34,791 nucleotides of DNA from a virus (lineage: Duplodnaviria; Caudoviricetes), in IMG/VR virus record IMGVR_UViG_3300025018_000079, positions 1-34,791 of that record. The stretch is one strand, 5' to 3'. The translations under genes were made by a program, and so were the position numbers. The notes under the pieces were generated by a model that was not told the origin of the DNA, did not search any database, and saw only the letters and a list, made by a program, of their open reading frames with translations. Positions 1-7,994 of this stretch are shown piece after piece. How positions within the stretch are numbered: the stretch's first letter is position 1; every line of letters starts with the position of its first letter.

Positions 1-94
1 CAACCGTCTTAGCTAAATCAGCAATATCCTGCCCGCGATATTTTCCGAACGTCAATTTTTTCATCAATACTTTTTTATTGCTAAGCTCAACCAT
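1..94. repeat. Terminal direct repeat, left copy (circular assembly overlap)
   Basis: 1-94 is identical to 34698-34791, and a reading frame continues across the join. Confidence 0.97.
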
Positions 95-613
95 CTTCTC
101 AACCGCCCCCTCTTCGTCTAAAGAAAATAAAGCCATCGCTGTGCGCTTCAGGTGCTTAAATAAGGCGATTAAAACCTTAACATCTCCCCCGGCATCATGA
201 GCCGTTGCACTCTCTCCCACGGTCAATTTAAGGGCATAGCGCAGATACTGCAGGCGATGGGCTGAAAGCTCAGGCAAGAGATGCTGAGCGACTTTTAGTG
301 TATCGATGTACTCTCCCACGGTTACTCCCTCGCGCGCCATTACAGCAATATCAAAAGGCGCATTATGAGCCACAGCCGTTCTCCCAGAAAAGTAAGGCTT
401 CAATTTTTCGGGATCTACCGGCAAGCAGTCTTTCACTCTCTCCTCGGTAATGTGATGAACCTCTATCGCATCGATAGCAATCTCAGCGGCCGGTTTAAAA
501 AACATCTTCATAATCTGTCCGCCTGTCGCATCAAAGCCAACAGCAAGCTGGACCAATCGGCCATTAGCCTTGCTCGTGGTTTCAGTGTCAAAAAAAACTA
601 AATTTCTAGGCAT
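1..613 (-). CDS. DEDDh 3'-5' exonuclease, ExoX-like (N-terminal part; continues across the origin to 34600)
   Basis: Manual translation from ATG 613: MPRNLVFFDTETT (ExoI), AHNAPFD (ExoII), AHDAGGD (ExoIII). In frame with MVELSNKK at 94/34791. Missed by the ORF track because it runs off the window. Confidence 0.9.
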   Translation of the reverse strand, partial: MPRNLVFFDTETTSKANGRLVQLAVGFDATGGQIMKMFFKPAAEIAIDAIEVHHITEERVKDCLPVDPEKLKPYFSGRTAVAHNAPFDIAVMAREGVTVGEYIDTLKVAQHLLPELSAHRLQYLRYALKLTVGESATAHDAGGDVKVLIALFKHLKRTAMALFSLDEEGAVEKMVELSNKKVLMKKLTFGKYRGQDIADLAKTV

Positions 614-617
614 ATGA

Positions 618-1283
618 TTATTTCTTTTTCTTCCTCCCAAGCGGCGGAAAAGCGACATCTATAATTTCCTTTGTTTCAAGGTCGCCTCGACCGAGCGCCT
701 GTTTATTTAAGCCTTTGACAATTTTATTTCTGTCGCAGCCGCATTTCTCATGTTGTTTCTTTTCCATAATGACTTCGTGATAAATTTTTTTAAGCGAAAA
801 TTTTACCGTAGGATGCAGGTCGACATCATTAATTTGTTCCACCTCTATTTTCCCTCCGGTCGAAGAAATTCTAGCCATAAATTCATGATTGCATTTTCCA
901 ACATAACTTGCCTGGATTGCGCTGCAGCTCTCTCCGCGCTCAACCTGATCTCTTATAAGCTCTTTAGCCGCCTCGAGCGGGGTCATCTTGGGAGCTTTTT
1001 CTTTTTTCGGTTTCTTAAACTTAACGCTTTTAATTTCAACAGTTCCGTCTTTCTTTTTTTCTCCCACTACTTCCGCTCCATAATCCCCATTGGGAGCAGC
1101 CGGATCTAAAGCCGCAAATAAGCTCTGTTGATTTTCCGGCACTTGGTTCCTGGCACATGATCGGCAAATCCTTTCCTTGGCCCGGGTAAAAATGAACGAG
1201 TAGCGAGGCTTACCGCATTTGTCGCAGATGTAGGGATTGATGCGGCACCATTTTCTTGTTGGTTGGTTTAAATTTGGGAGCAT
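618..1283 (-). CDS. Hypothetical protein with N-terminal CxxC..CxxC zinc finger
   Basis: 221 aa, CDKC and CRSC, tightly packed in the operon. Confidence 0.75.
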   Translation of the reverse strand: MLPNLNQPTRKWCRINPYICDKCGKPRYSFIFTRAKERICRSCARNQVPENQQSLFAALDPAAPNGDYGAEVVGEKKKDGTVEIKSVKFKKPKKEKAPKMTPLEAAKELIRDQVERGESCSAIQASYVGKCNHEFMARISSTGGKIEVEQINDVDLHPTVKFSLKKIYHEVIMEKKQHEKCGCDRNKIVKGLNKQALGRGDLETKEIIDVAFPPLGRKKKK

Positions 1284-1287
1284 ATCT

Positions 1288-1665
1288 TTAGCCTTTAATT
1301 TTATTCAAAAGATAAAGCATATACTCCTCTTGGCTCTTGATCTCGTTCTGCACCTGGCTTAATGTCTGAGCTATGCTCATGTCTTTTTTATTCGCAATGA
1401 ATTTATGCTGCAAATAAAGATTGACAACGTGGTTGCGGCGATATCCTCTGTAGACCTCATGAAAGAGATCCTTAAGGATGGTTTTCTCATCGGCCAGTAC
1501 CAGGTCAGCAGCTTCAACAGCCTCAGCCAGTTTTTCACCAAAAGGCTTCTCTGCTTTCTTTTCTCCCACCGGAATAGTAAAGGCGGGGGAGTTGTTTTTT
1601 TCTTCTGCCGGTTTTTCCGCTACATTAGCGGCCGGCTTTTCTTCTTTTTCTTTTTTGTTAAACAT
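1288..1665 (-). CDS. Hypothetical protein
   Basis: 125 aa, operon spacing, charged N-terminus. Confidence 0.75.
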   Translation of the reverse strand: MFNKKEKEEKPAANVAEKPAEEKNNSPAFTIPVGEKKAEKPFGEKLAEAVEAADLVLADEKTILKDLFHEVYRGYRRNHVVNLYLQHKFIANKKDMSIAQTLSQVQNEIKSQEEYMLYLLNKIKG

Positions 1666-1680
1666 ATTGGTCGTTTAGTT

Positions 1681-1801
1681 ATCTCCCATGCGGAGCCACT
1701 CGATGGCCGGATAATTTCTTATCCTATTGCCATTATGGTATCCGAGGGCCGGCATGGGGTGGAGCCCTGTTGAGAGCACCGAGCAGCTTCGCCTGGGAGA
1801 T
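1681..1801 (-). ncRNA. Candidate structured intergenic RNA element
   Basis: 16-bp closing inverted repeat (1681-1696 / 1786-1801, 2 mismatches); internal GGATAA-GAAA-TTATCC hairpin on the minus strand. Confidence 0.4.
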
Positions 1802-1812
1802 AATTTATTTAA

Positions 1813-2229
1813 TTATTCCAGGTCGAGCCGCTCTGGGAGCTGGACTCTTGGTTTTTTAGTTTCTTCAACATCGCCAGTCTTTACGAATTTAACCGAGAAA
1901 ACTGGCTCAAGGATATTTCCGTAACTGTCAGTCACCTTAATCTCTTTTCCTGCCACGTAGTCCTTAATCGCTACGTCAGAGATAAGCTGCTTTTGGCTCT
2001 TGATATCTGTCTCAAGTCTTTCTATCTCTTCGCATTCGGTCTTGTTGTCGTCATTAATCGCCAATTTCAAGGCTTTCTTTCGGGCGCGCAATGATTCCGA
2101 TGTTTCTTTGATTTCCTGGAATTCTTGCTTGCCCTCGAGCTGCTCTTTGATCAAGGCTTTTAATTCGCGGAGCCTGTTTCTTTTTTTGTCGGTCTCCGAG
2201 AAGACCAATTGAAGCTGGACTTGTGCCAT
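1813..2229 (-). CDS. Coiled-coil hypothetical protein resembling a family common in CPR bacteria
   Basis: 138 aa coiled coil ending in EPVFSVKF; family recognition is from memory. Confidence 0.8.
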   Translation of the reverse strand: MAQVQLQLVFSETDKKRNRLRELKALIKEQLEGKQEFQEIKETSESLRARKKALKLAINDDNKTECEEIERLETDIKSQKQLISDVAIKDYVAGKEIKVTDSYGNILEPVFSVKFVKTGDVEETKKPRVQLPERLDLE

Positions 2230-2235
2230 AGATTT

Positions 2236-2576
2236 TTAAATCTTAGGGTAATGTTTATTTACCGTTTCAAGCTGCAATCCGAGTTCTTCGGCAATTTGCC
2301 CGGAATTGTAACCTGCTTTTTTAAGCTCTTTCATTTTGTTAAGCGTGCGCCAGTTTACTTTTTTCTCTTTCTTCGCTTTGCCGGTGACGAAGTCTTGAAG
2401 CTCTTTCACCTTTCGGTTGTAGGGCCTTTTATGCTCTACCCCCCCCCGACACTTTCCAGCTCTTTTCGAGCATCTACGATAACGCCGGATTTAACCTCTT
2501 CAAATTCAATGACTCTGCCGTCATTGGTTAAACCGACTAGCGTTCCGGTTTCTTTGTTTTGATAGTACTTAATCAT
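2236..2576 (-). CDS. HTH protein interrupted by a G9 tract (46 aa ORF plus a -1 frame 67 aa HTH extension)
   Basis: MIKYYQNKETG...ESVGGG* (stop 2436-2438); -1 frame VEHKRPYNRK...KELKKAGYNSGQIAEELGLQLETVNKHYPKI* ends at 2236, just before the next ATG. Confidence 0.7.
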
Positions 2577-2580
2577 AGGT

Positions 2581-2700
2581 TTATAAAAATAATTCAATTA
2601 ATTTTCTTAGCAGCCGCCAAAAATTTATCTTTCTCCCAAGAACATAAGCCGAGATTTCTCTCTCTTCCAGGTAATCAATAATTTTGGTTAGGGTCTTCAT
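2581..2700 (-). CDS. Small hypothetical protein (39 aa)
   Basis: MKTLTKIIDYLEERE...IELFL; fills an operon gap. Confidence 0.5.
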   Translation of the reverse strand: MKTLTKIIDYLEEREISAYVLGRKINFWRLLRKLIELFL

Positions 2701-2842
2701 CGTACTTGCGCCGCGCGACATTTAAGGCTTCTGTCGGCGTATTCGGATTATGCCTCGCAGCTGCAATCATTTCTGACGGATCGGCCTTTTTTATATCTCC
2801 GCCAGTTTTTTTAAGAATTCGATAATAATCAATCCAGGACAT
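2675..2842 (-). CDS. Small hypothetical protein (55 aa)
   Basis: MSWIDYYRILKKTGGD...; AAATCT-ATG start context shared with other genes. Confidence 0.6.
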   Translation of the reverse strand: MSWIDYYRILKKTGGDIKKADPSEMIAAARHNPNTPTEALNVARRKYDEDPNQNY

Positions 2843-2846
2843 AGAT

Positions 2847-3374
2847 TTAAAAATTAAAAAGTGTAGCCGGTTGAGGAATGTTCATGATTATCCGGCGGTC
2901 AATGATATTAAAATCTATCTCCCAGTAATCACCGCTCTTGATCAGGTCGCGCAGTTTCACCCTTTCTTCGTTCTCGTGCCAGTATCCAATCTGATGCCCG
3001 GTAATCTTGCTCATGACGGCGTATTTTGGAATGCTCGCTCCCCGGAGGAATTCAGCGCCTTTCCTGGTAAGGCAGTAGTATCCGGACTTTCCCTCTATCT
3101 GCGCGATAAGGCCCTGGGAACGTGCCTTACTGAGGTTTCCAACCATCGTGCTTGTCAGATAGCCCTCGCGTATCATCTGCTGGTAATTAAGCTGATTCTT
3201 GCCCATTTCCATTTCTCTCCTGGGATGAATTATGTTCTCACCTTTTTTCCTGATGGCGGCCGAGATGGCCCGGACGATGTCGCAAGTACCGGCATCGATT
3301 GTCATTAGGTATTCTTCCGTCTGCCCGCAGCAGGAGCAGACCTTGGGTTTAAATTTTTCTAAAGTCATATGCAT
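2847..3374 (-). CDS. Hypothetical protein, Zn-ribbon plus probable winged helix
   Basis: CSCCGQ; GLIAQ...GYYCLTRKGAEFL resembles a winged-helix wing. Confidence 0.7.
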   Translation of the reverse strand: MHMTLEKFKPKVCSCCGQTEEYLMTIDAGTCDIVRAISAAIRKKGENIIHPRREMEMGKNQLNYQQMIREGYLTSTMVGNLSKARSQGLIAQIEGKSGYYCLTRKGAEFLRGASIPKYAVMSKITGHQIGYWHENEERVKLRDLIKSGDYWEIDFNIIDRRIIMNIPQPATLFNF

Positions 3375-3389
3375 GGGGACTTTAATTTT

Positions 3390-4046
3390 TTAATTGTTTA
3401 ACGCCGCGATTTCTCTTTCGATGATCTTGGCGTACTCGCCGCGCTTGGCGGCTTCGGTTCCAAAGCCGTTATGGGCTTGGACGGAATATGTCCAGTAAAT
3501 CGGAAAGCCTTTTGATATCAATCTTTTTAAGGTCCAGTCGGCCGAGCAGTTAAGATCTATTGCGCAGGCTTCTGTTACGTTGTGCAGTTTGGTTTGGATG
3601 TGGAACCAGCCTTTGCTTTTGCCGCCGTCTCCGGTTGGTAGCCAACCGAGCTTTGATTCCTGATAAGACATTGCCCATAGGGTTTGCCAGCATACTTCGT
3701 TATTTTTCTCATCATCCATTCCGTTATTGCTGCAGACTTTTTTTAGTGTTTTGGTAATTTCATCATCGGTTAGTTCCGGCTTTTCATTTTTGATTTCAGC
3801 TTTTTTTTCTTCTATGGCTTCCGGCTGCTTTTCCTCCTGGACGACAATTGCTGTTGCCGCTTCGGCCGATTTGCTGAATTTAAATCCGAAGCAAGCCATG
3901 ATGATGGCTACTAAACCACAAACAGCTAAGGCTAAGGTCGTGAAGATCAATGCTTGCTCAGCTATGGCCTTTATCTGCTCAGCTCTCTGTCTCCGGCGTT
4001 TTGCTTTTTGAATGCTGAGCCAGGTTGTTCTTGTAAAATTTTCCAT
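3390..4046 (-). CDS. Membrane-anchored lysozyme-like / lytic transglycosylase protein
   Basis: One TM helix, then AMSYQES (catalytic Glu), GDGGKSKGWFHI and AHNG motifs; ATG 4046 preferred over GTG 4079. Confidence 0.7.
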   Translation of the reverse strand: MENFTRTTWLSIQKAKRRRQRAEQIKAIAEQALIFTTLALAVCGLVAIIMACFGFKFSKSAEAATAIVVQEEKQPEAIEEKKAEIKNEKPELTDDEITKTLKKVCSNNGMDDEKNNEVCWQTLWAMSYQESKLGWLPTGDGGKSKGWFHIQTKLHNVTEACAIDLNCSADWTLKRLISKGFPIYWTYSVQAHNGFGTEAAKRGEYAKIIEREIAALNN

Positions 4047-4071
4047 ATAAAATTTTGGTTTAAATTTTGAG

Positions 4072-4221
4072 TTTTCCACCGCCTTATTATTATTAATTTT
4101 CTTTTTGTAATTATTTCTTTTTGTAGCCTCGTAATTTTTGCGAGGGGGGCCTCGTAATTTTTACGAGGCGAAGTAGGAGTTATCCGCAAGCTAATCACAG
4201 CTTATCCACACCTTTTCCACT
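4072..4221. other. Putative replication origin
   Basis: Two 21-bp palindromic repeats (4126-4146, 4149-4169), perfect DnaA box TTATCCACA (4202-4210), near-boxes (4180-4188, 4213-4221, 4072-4080), AT-rich tract 4084-4125, at the 3' end of the initiator gene. Confidence 0.6.
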
Positions 4222-4581
4222 TGGGCTTTTTAGGGCTAGTCGATAATAAATTTTTCCGCTGTGCTGCTCTCTTTTTGTCGGATTGGCGAGCAGGTATCCG
4301 CTCTCTGTTACCGTTTCAATAATTTTTAAAGTGTCTGATAATTTGGCTACTGATTTTGAAATTGTTCGGTCGGATTTTATTCCTGTTTTTTTCATGATCT
4401 GCTTAATGTTCATCCAGTCTCTCTCTTTGCGGCGGCCGGTTTCTTTGTCCATTGCGTAGCCAAGCGTTTGTCGGACTAGCAGGACTAGGATTTTAAATTC
4501 AGGGCCGCTCAGTCTTGGCATCCATTCGTCCAGGATGATGTTCGGGGTTTGGGTGGAATTAGGGAACATATCTTGGGGCAT
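4195..4581 (-). CDS. Phage replication initiator-like HTH protein (lambda O N-terminal-like)
   Basis: TQTPNIILDEWMPRLSGPEFKILVLLVRQTLGY followed by an HTH. Confidence 0.75.
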   Translation of the reverse strand: MPQDMFPNSTQTPNIILDEWMPRLSGPEFKILVLLVRQTLGYAMDKETGRRKERDWMNIKQIMKKTGIKSDRTISKSVAKLSDTLKIIETVTESGYLLANPTKREQHSGKIYYRLALKSPSGKGVDKL

Positions 4582-4594
4582 AGTTTTGGCCGCT

Positions 4595-4619
4595 GCCCGG
4601 CGGCGTAATACCGCCGGGC
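4595..4619. promoter_or_regulatory. GC-rich intergenic hairpin
   Basis: GCCCGGCGG-cgtaata-CCGCCGGGC, 9-bp perfect stem; no clear U tract on the minus strand. Confidence 0.45.
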
Positions 4620-4654
4620 TTGCTTAATTAGTTGTTAAGAGTTCGCGCGAACCT

Positions 4655-5923
4655 TTACTCAACTTCGGCTTCAACCGGTCCGTCTGGCATATCCTCATCC
4701 GGATAGTCTGATTTCTTTTCCATCAGCTCCTTGATGATTTTATTGCCCAGGCTCGCCGGCAAATCCTCTAGCTTTTCAAAGCTCTGCTCGTGGAAGAATG
4801 AAACGTAGTCCAAAATTCCGCGATCTTCGGTAAGGCTCTCTTTGTCCTTAGCCAGGGAGCGAAGCAAGGTGAGCTTGTTGGCGCTGATAGTTTCTTCCGG
4901 TTCAACTGGCGCTTTAATCTCTTCCTTGGCTGGCGCTGTGGCCGCTGGCTGAGTGATTGGCTCCGTCTTAGTCTCTTTCTGTGGCTCGGGTGCTTCCGGT
5001 TCGTCCTGCGGCTTTTTAGGGCCTTGGTCGGCTATTTCTTTCTGAATTACTTTCAAGCGGTCTAGGATTTCCTTAAAGTTCTTCTCTACTAGGTCCAGCT
5101 GGGTTTGGCTTTTAACAGCTCCAACCAACTGGTCTTTAGTCCACTTGTTCACCTCGGCTCCGTAAATCTTTATCAGAGTGACCATGATCTCGTGCTTGAT
5201 TCCGTCAAAATCCGGGACACCACTTTCGCTCCATTCCTTTATTTTCTTTCCAGTATCTTCAGTGATGACGAACGGATCTTTATCGATAAACAATCGGGTT
5301 CTGTCTTTAGTGGCCGTAGCGTAGTGACCGTCGCGATCAAGGTTGAAGCTCAGGGTTACCTCGTACTCAAATCCCTCTCTCGTGATTTCTTTCATTCCGA
5401 CTTTTTTAACTTTGCGATCTTCAGTCTGGATGGTATCTGTCTTGCTTCGGCCGCAAGTGATGACGTGGCATTTTGAAGTGACTATCGCATCAAGAAATTT
5501 TTGATGGCGAGGACCGGTCTTGCTCCAGGCGGCCCAAGTATTTCCTTTGAATTGCGTGGCCGCTATCTTGTCGTTGATTTCTAGGCATCCGCCTTTTCCC
5601 TCCCATTCGTGACTGATTGAATCAATGATGATCACTTCGATTCCAGCATCTTCAATTGCCTTTATCGCTTCGATGTATCTCTCCGGGGTGTAGCCCTCGG
5701 TTCCGGCTTCCATGGTTAGGACATTGAATTCTCCCAGGTGGCTGTATAGATCAGCGCTTCCGTTTTCGGTATCGATTATCGCGATCTTGTTCCAGTCGCC
5801 TGCGATTCCTTTAGCGGCCAATAAGGCGCTATAGGTTTTGCCTGATCCGCTCGGGCCGAATATGCCCATGCGAATTTTGGCTTGTTTTCTCTCCGCTTTG
5901 CGGAGTACTAGATTTGTTTGCAT
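4655..5923 (-). CDS. AAA_24 / Sak4-like P-loop ATPase (recombination/annealing)
   Basis: Walker A GPSGSGKT, IDTENGS, IIIDSISHEW, GFEYE, KDRT. Confidence 0.85.
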   Translation of the reverse strand: MQTNLVLRKAERKQAKIRMGIFGPSGSGKTYSALLAAKGIAGDWNKIAIIDTENGSADLYSHLGEFNVLTMEAGTEGYTPERYIEAIKAIEDAGIEVIIIDSISHEWEGKGGCLEINDKIAATQFKGNTWAAWSKTGPRHQKFLDAIVTSKCHVITCGRSKTDTIQTEDRKVKKVGMKEITREGFEYEVTLSFNLDRDGHYATATKDRTRLFIDKDPFVITEDTGKKIKEWSESGVPDFDGIKHEIMVTLIKIYGAEVNKWTKDQLVGAVKSQTQLDLVEKNFKEILDRLKVIQKEIADQGPKKPQDEPEAPEPQKETKTEPITQPAATAPAKEEIKAPVEPEETISANKLTLLRSLAKDKESLTEDRGILDYVSFFHEQSFEKLEDLPASLGNKIIKELMEKKSDYPDEDMPDGPVEAEVE

Positions 5924-6127
5924 AGTGGTTTAAAATTTGTTACAATAAACATTGCTTAGTTTATTAATCTGTTCCGCAGCAATGCGGCGCAGATTTTTTT
6001 TATTAGATCCCGGGGCGCCGGGCCGTCGACCTTTTCAAGCGCAGACCGGCAAGTGCTTACCGGCTAACGTCTGAAAAAATTGAAATAGATTTTTAAAGTT
6101 CAAAAGTTATCAACAGGCTTAGACATA

Positions 6128-6161
6128 CAAAAAACCCCTTACTGTTTCCAGTAAGGGGTTT
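6128..6161 (-). terminator. Intrinsic terminator ahead of the early operon
   Basis: 13-bp perfect stem 6132-6144 / 6149-6161, GAAA loop and T run on the minus strand. Confidence 0.8.
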
Positions 6162-6204
6162 AGATATTATCTAATTTTATTCAATTATATTAAGGTTTTT
6201 GGCC

Positions 6205-6249
6205 CTATGTCCCGTGGCATTTCTTATACTTCTTTCCACAGCCACGTGG
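6205..6249 (-). other. Putative attP core region: SEC-C (SecA C-terminal) remnant
   Basis: Start-less segment translating as PRGCGKKYKKCHGT*, close to CPCGSGKKYKKCHG, about 290 bp downstream of the integrase. Confidence 0.7.
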
Positions 6250-6281
6250 CTTAATTGAATACCCTTACTGGTTATGTCTAA

Positions 6282-6310
6282 ATTATAGCAAGTGCTTACA
6301 AATTAGTCAA
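6282..6310 (-). promoter_or_regulatory. Consensus sigma70 promoter
   Basis: TTGACT-17 bp-TATAAT with extended TGn; GTAAGCA motif in the spacer. Confidence 0.8.
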
Positions 6311-6491
6311 CACTTTCTTTTTTCAAACTGCTATTTTTATCTTTAGGCCTCTTCACTCTCAACCAAATCTTATATGCGGTTTGCCTATTGATTTTAAATA
6401 TATTGCCAATCTCAGCCCAAGACATTTCAGGGTTGTTTTCTTTAATCCGGATTAGCTCCGTGTTTCTTTTTTTATTAGCTGGGTAACTCAT
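6303..6491 (-). CDS. Small HTH DNA-binding protein (repressor/Cro or excisionase-like), 62 aa
   Basis: MSWAEIGNIFKINRQTAYKIW; ATG 6491 lies 8 nt after a -10 box. Confidence 0.75.
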   Translation of the reverse strand: MSYPANKKRNTELIRIKENNPEMSWAEIGNIFKINRQTAYKIWLRVKRPKDKNSSLKKESVD

Positions 6492-6499
6492 ATGCTTAC

Positions 6500-6528
6500 A
6501 GTATAGCAAACTGCTTACAATAGCACAA
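6500..6528 (-). promoter_or_regulatory. Promoter of the HTH gene (near-leaderless)
   Basis: TTGTGC-17 bp-TATACT with extended TGn; GTAAGCA motifs in the spacer and at the start site. Confidence 0.6.
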
Positions 6529-6534
6529 GGCCTC

Positions 6535-7479
6535 TCAATTCCCTTTAAAAGAGCGGTATCTAGACTCGAGCTCAACGTTGGTCATCATGGTATAAATTGA
6601 CGAGCTCTGCACCGATGCGTGGCCGAGAATGTTCATGACGTCTGCCGTAGATCCTCCCTGGTGAATAATGTCGTGGCCCATATGATGCCGGAAGCTGTGC
6701 GCGTTCATGTATGGTATCCCTGCCCGGTTAGAATAGCGGCGGAGCAATTCCCCTACCCCTTTGATGCTTAAACGCTGACCGGCCAGGCTGGAAGTAACGC
6801 ATAAAAAAAGCGCCGCCGAATCTTTAAAGACCATTTTTCGGCCGAGCGCTTCTCGTTTAGCTAACCATATTTTTACTGCCTGGTTCGTTTCTTCTGTCCA
6901 AAAAATTTCCCGGAACGGCCGGCTACCCCGATTCTTCTCTGTCCGGATTAGAGCTTTTTTATTTTCAAGATCGATGTCTTTTACATCAAGCGCCATCAGC
7001 TCGCCGTTACGCGCCCCGGTATCCCAAAGCATTGATACAATCGCGCGGTTTCTGATGTGGCGTGGATCTTTACTGTCGGCCGGGATTGAAGCGATTAGCT
7101 TCTTAAAATTTTCCTCATCGGCCACTCGAGGGATCTTATACTGCTTCCTCGGTATTGGAATCAGCTCCTCGTTTAAAGTAGTGATGCCGCGCAGGCGCAT
7201 AAATTCAAAGAATTTACGAAGCGCCATGCAGCGAGGCAGGAGACTATTCGGGTCCCAGCCCAGCTCTATTATTCCGTTTAAGTAGTCCATGATATCGTTG
7301 ATCGTTATCCGGATGACATCCGGATTCCGGAGGAAAAGGCAAAAATTGCGCAGCTCCCTATCATAGCCCTTTACGGTATTCCCCTTAACTTTAAATTGGC
7401 GCCAATTGGAGAATTCATTGATCGCCTCTTTCATACTTACCGGCACAATAATTCGGCCGGGTTCTTGCGGTTTTAACAT
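6535..7479 (-). CDS. int: Tyrosine integrase
   Basis: SAM-like N-terminus; catalytic R (TGARNGE), K, HSFRH, LGH, Y. Confidence 0.92.
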   Translation of the reverse strand: MLKPQEPGRIIVPVSMKEAINEFSNWRQFKVKGNTVKGYDRELRNFCLFLRNPDVIRITINDIMDYLNGIIELGWDPNSLLPRCMALRKFFEFMRLRGITTLNEELIPIPRKQYKIPRVADEENFKKLIASIPADSKDPRHIRNRAIVSMLWDTGARNGELMALDVKDIDLENKKALIRTEKNRGSRPFREIFWTEETNQAVKIWLAKREALGRKMVFKDSAALFLCVTSSLAGQRLSIKGVGELLRRYSNRAGIPYMNAHSFRHHMGHDIIHQGGSTADVMNILGHASVQSSSIYTMMTNVELESRYRSFKGN

Positions 7480-7724
7480 AGCCCCACGGACGAGAGTCAG
7501 AAAGCATGGAAAAATAACTCTCGCTATATTATAATTAAATTAACCCGGTCGGGAGTTCGCGCTCTCGGCTCGGGCCAGAGAGCGGCCCCACGGTCGCTCT
7601 CGCTTTGTTCTAGCTTAATTGCTAAACGCTATATCTAACCACTAAAATAACAGGCGGTCAAGTGCTTACTTGATTTTTTGCCAGATGTATGGTAGAAAGT
7701 GAGTATATTAAACTAAGTAAAAAT

Positions 7725-7988
7725 ATGTCTGAATCAAAATTCAATATTGGCCTACTTGGAATGATGGGCAAGCTATCTCTTGAGAATGGCTTTTTAAAGT
7801 TCTCTAATCCATACGCAAAACGCTTTAATGTCAGGGTTTCTGATATTGAAACCGTCACAGTTGATGCCTTAAATTTTGGCAAGGCAAAACTCAAAATAAT
7901 TGGCAAGGGGTCTGTTTTAGCTGAGACTGATCTGCCAGTAACTTGGGCGGAGAAATGCCAACAATGGATATTAGGTAATTTAAAATAA
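7725..7988 (+). CDS. Small PH-like domain protein (moron)
   Basis: Beta-rich 87 aa from ATG 7725, with VSDIETV pattern and a C-terminal helix; opposite strand and AT-rich. Confidence 0.6.
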   Translation: MSESKFNIGLLGMMGKLSLENGFLKFSNPYAKRFNVRVSDIETVTVDALNFGKAKLKIIGKGSVLAETDLPVTWAEKCQQWILGNLK

Positions 7989-7994
7989 AAGCAT

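Noticed and set aside
1-94. Biological terminal repeat of the virion DNA
   Set aside because: It falls mid-gene and is best explained as assembler overlap of a circular contig
2436-2438. Stop-codon reassignment (TAG readthrough)
   Set aside because: The frame closes at TGA ten codons later, and long genes translate normally in code 11 using all three stops
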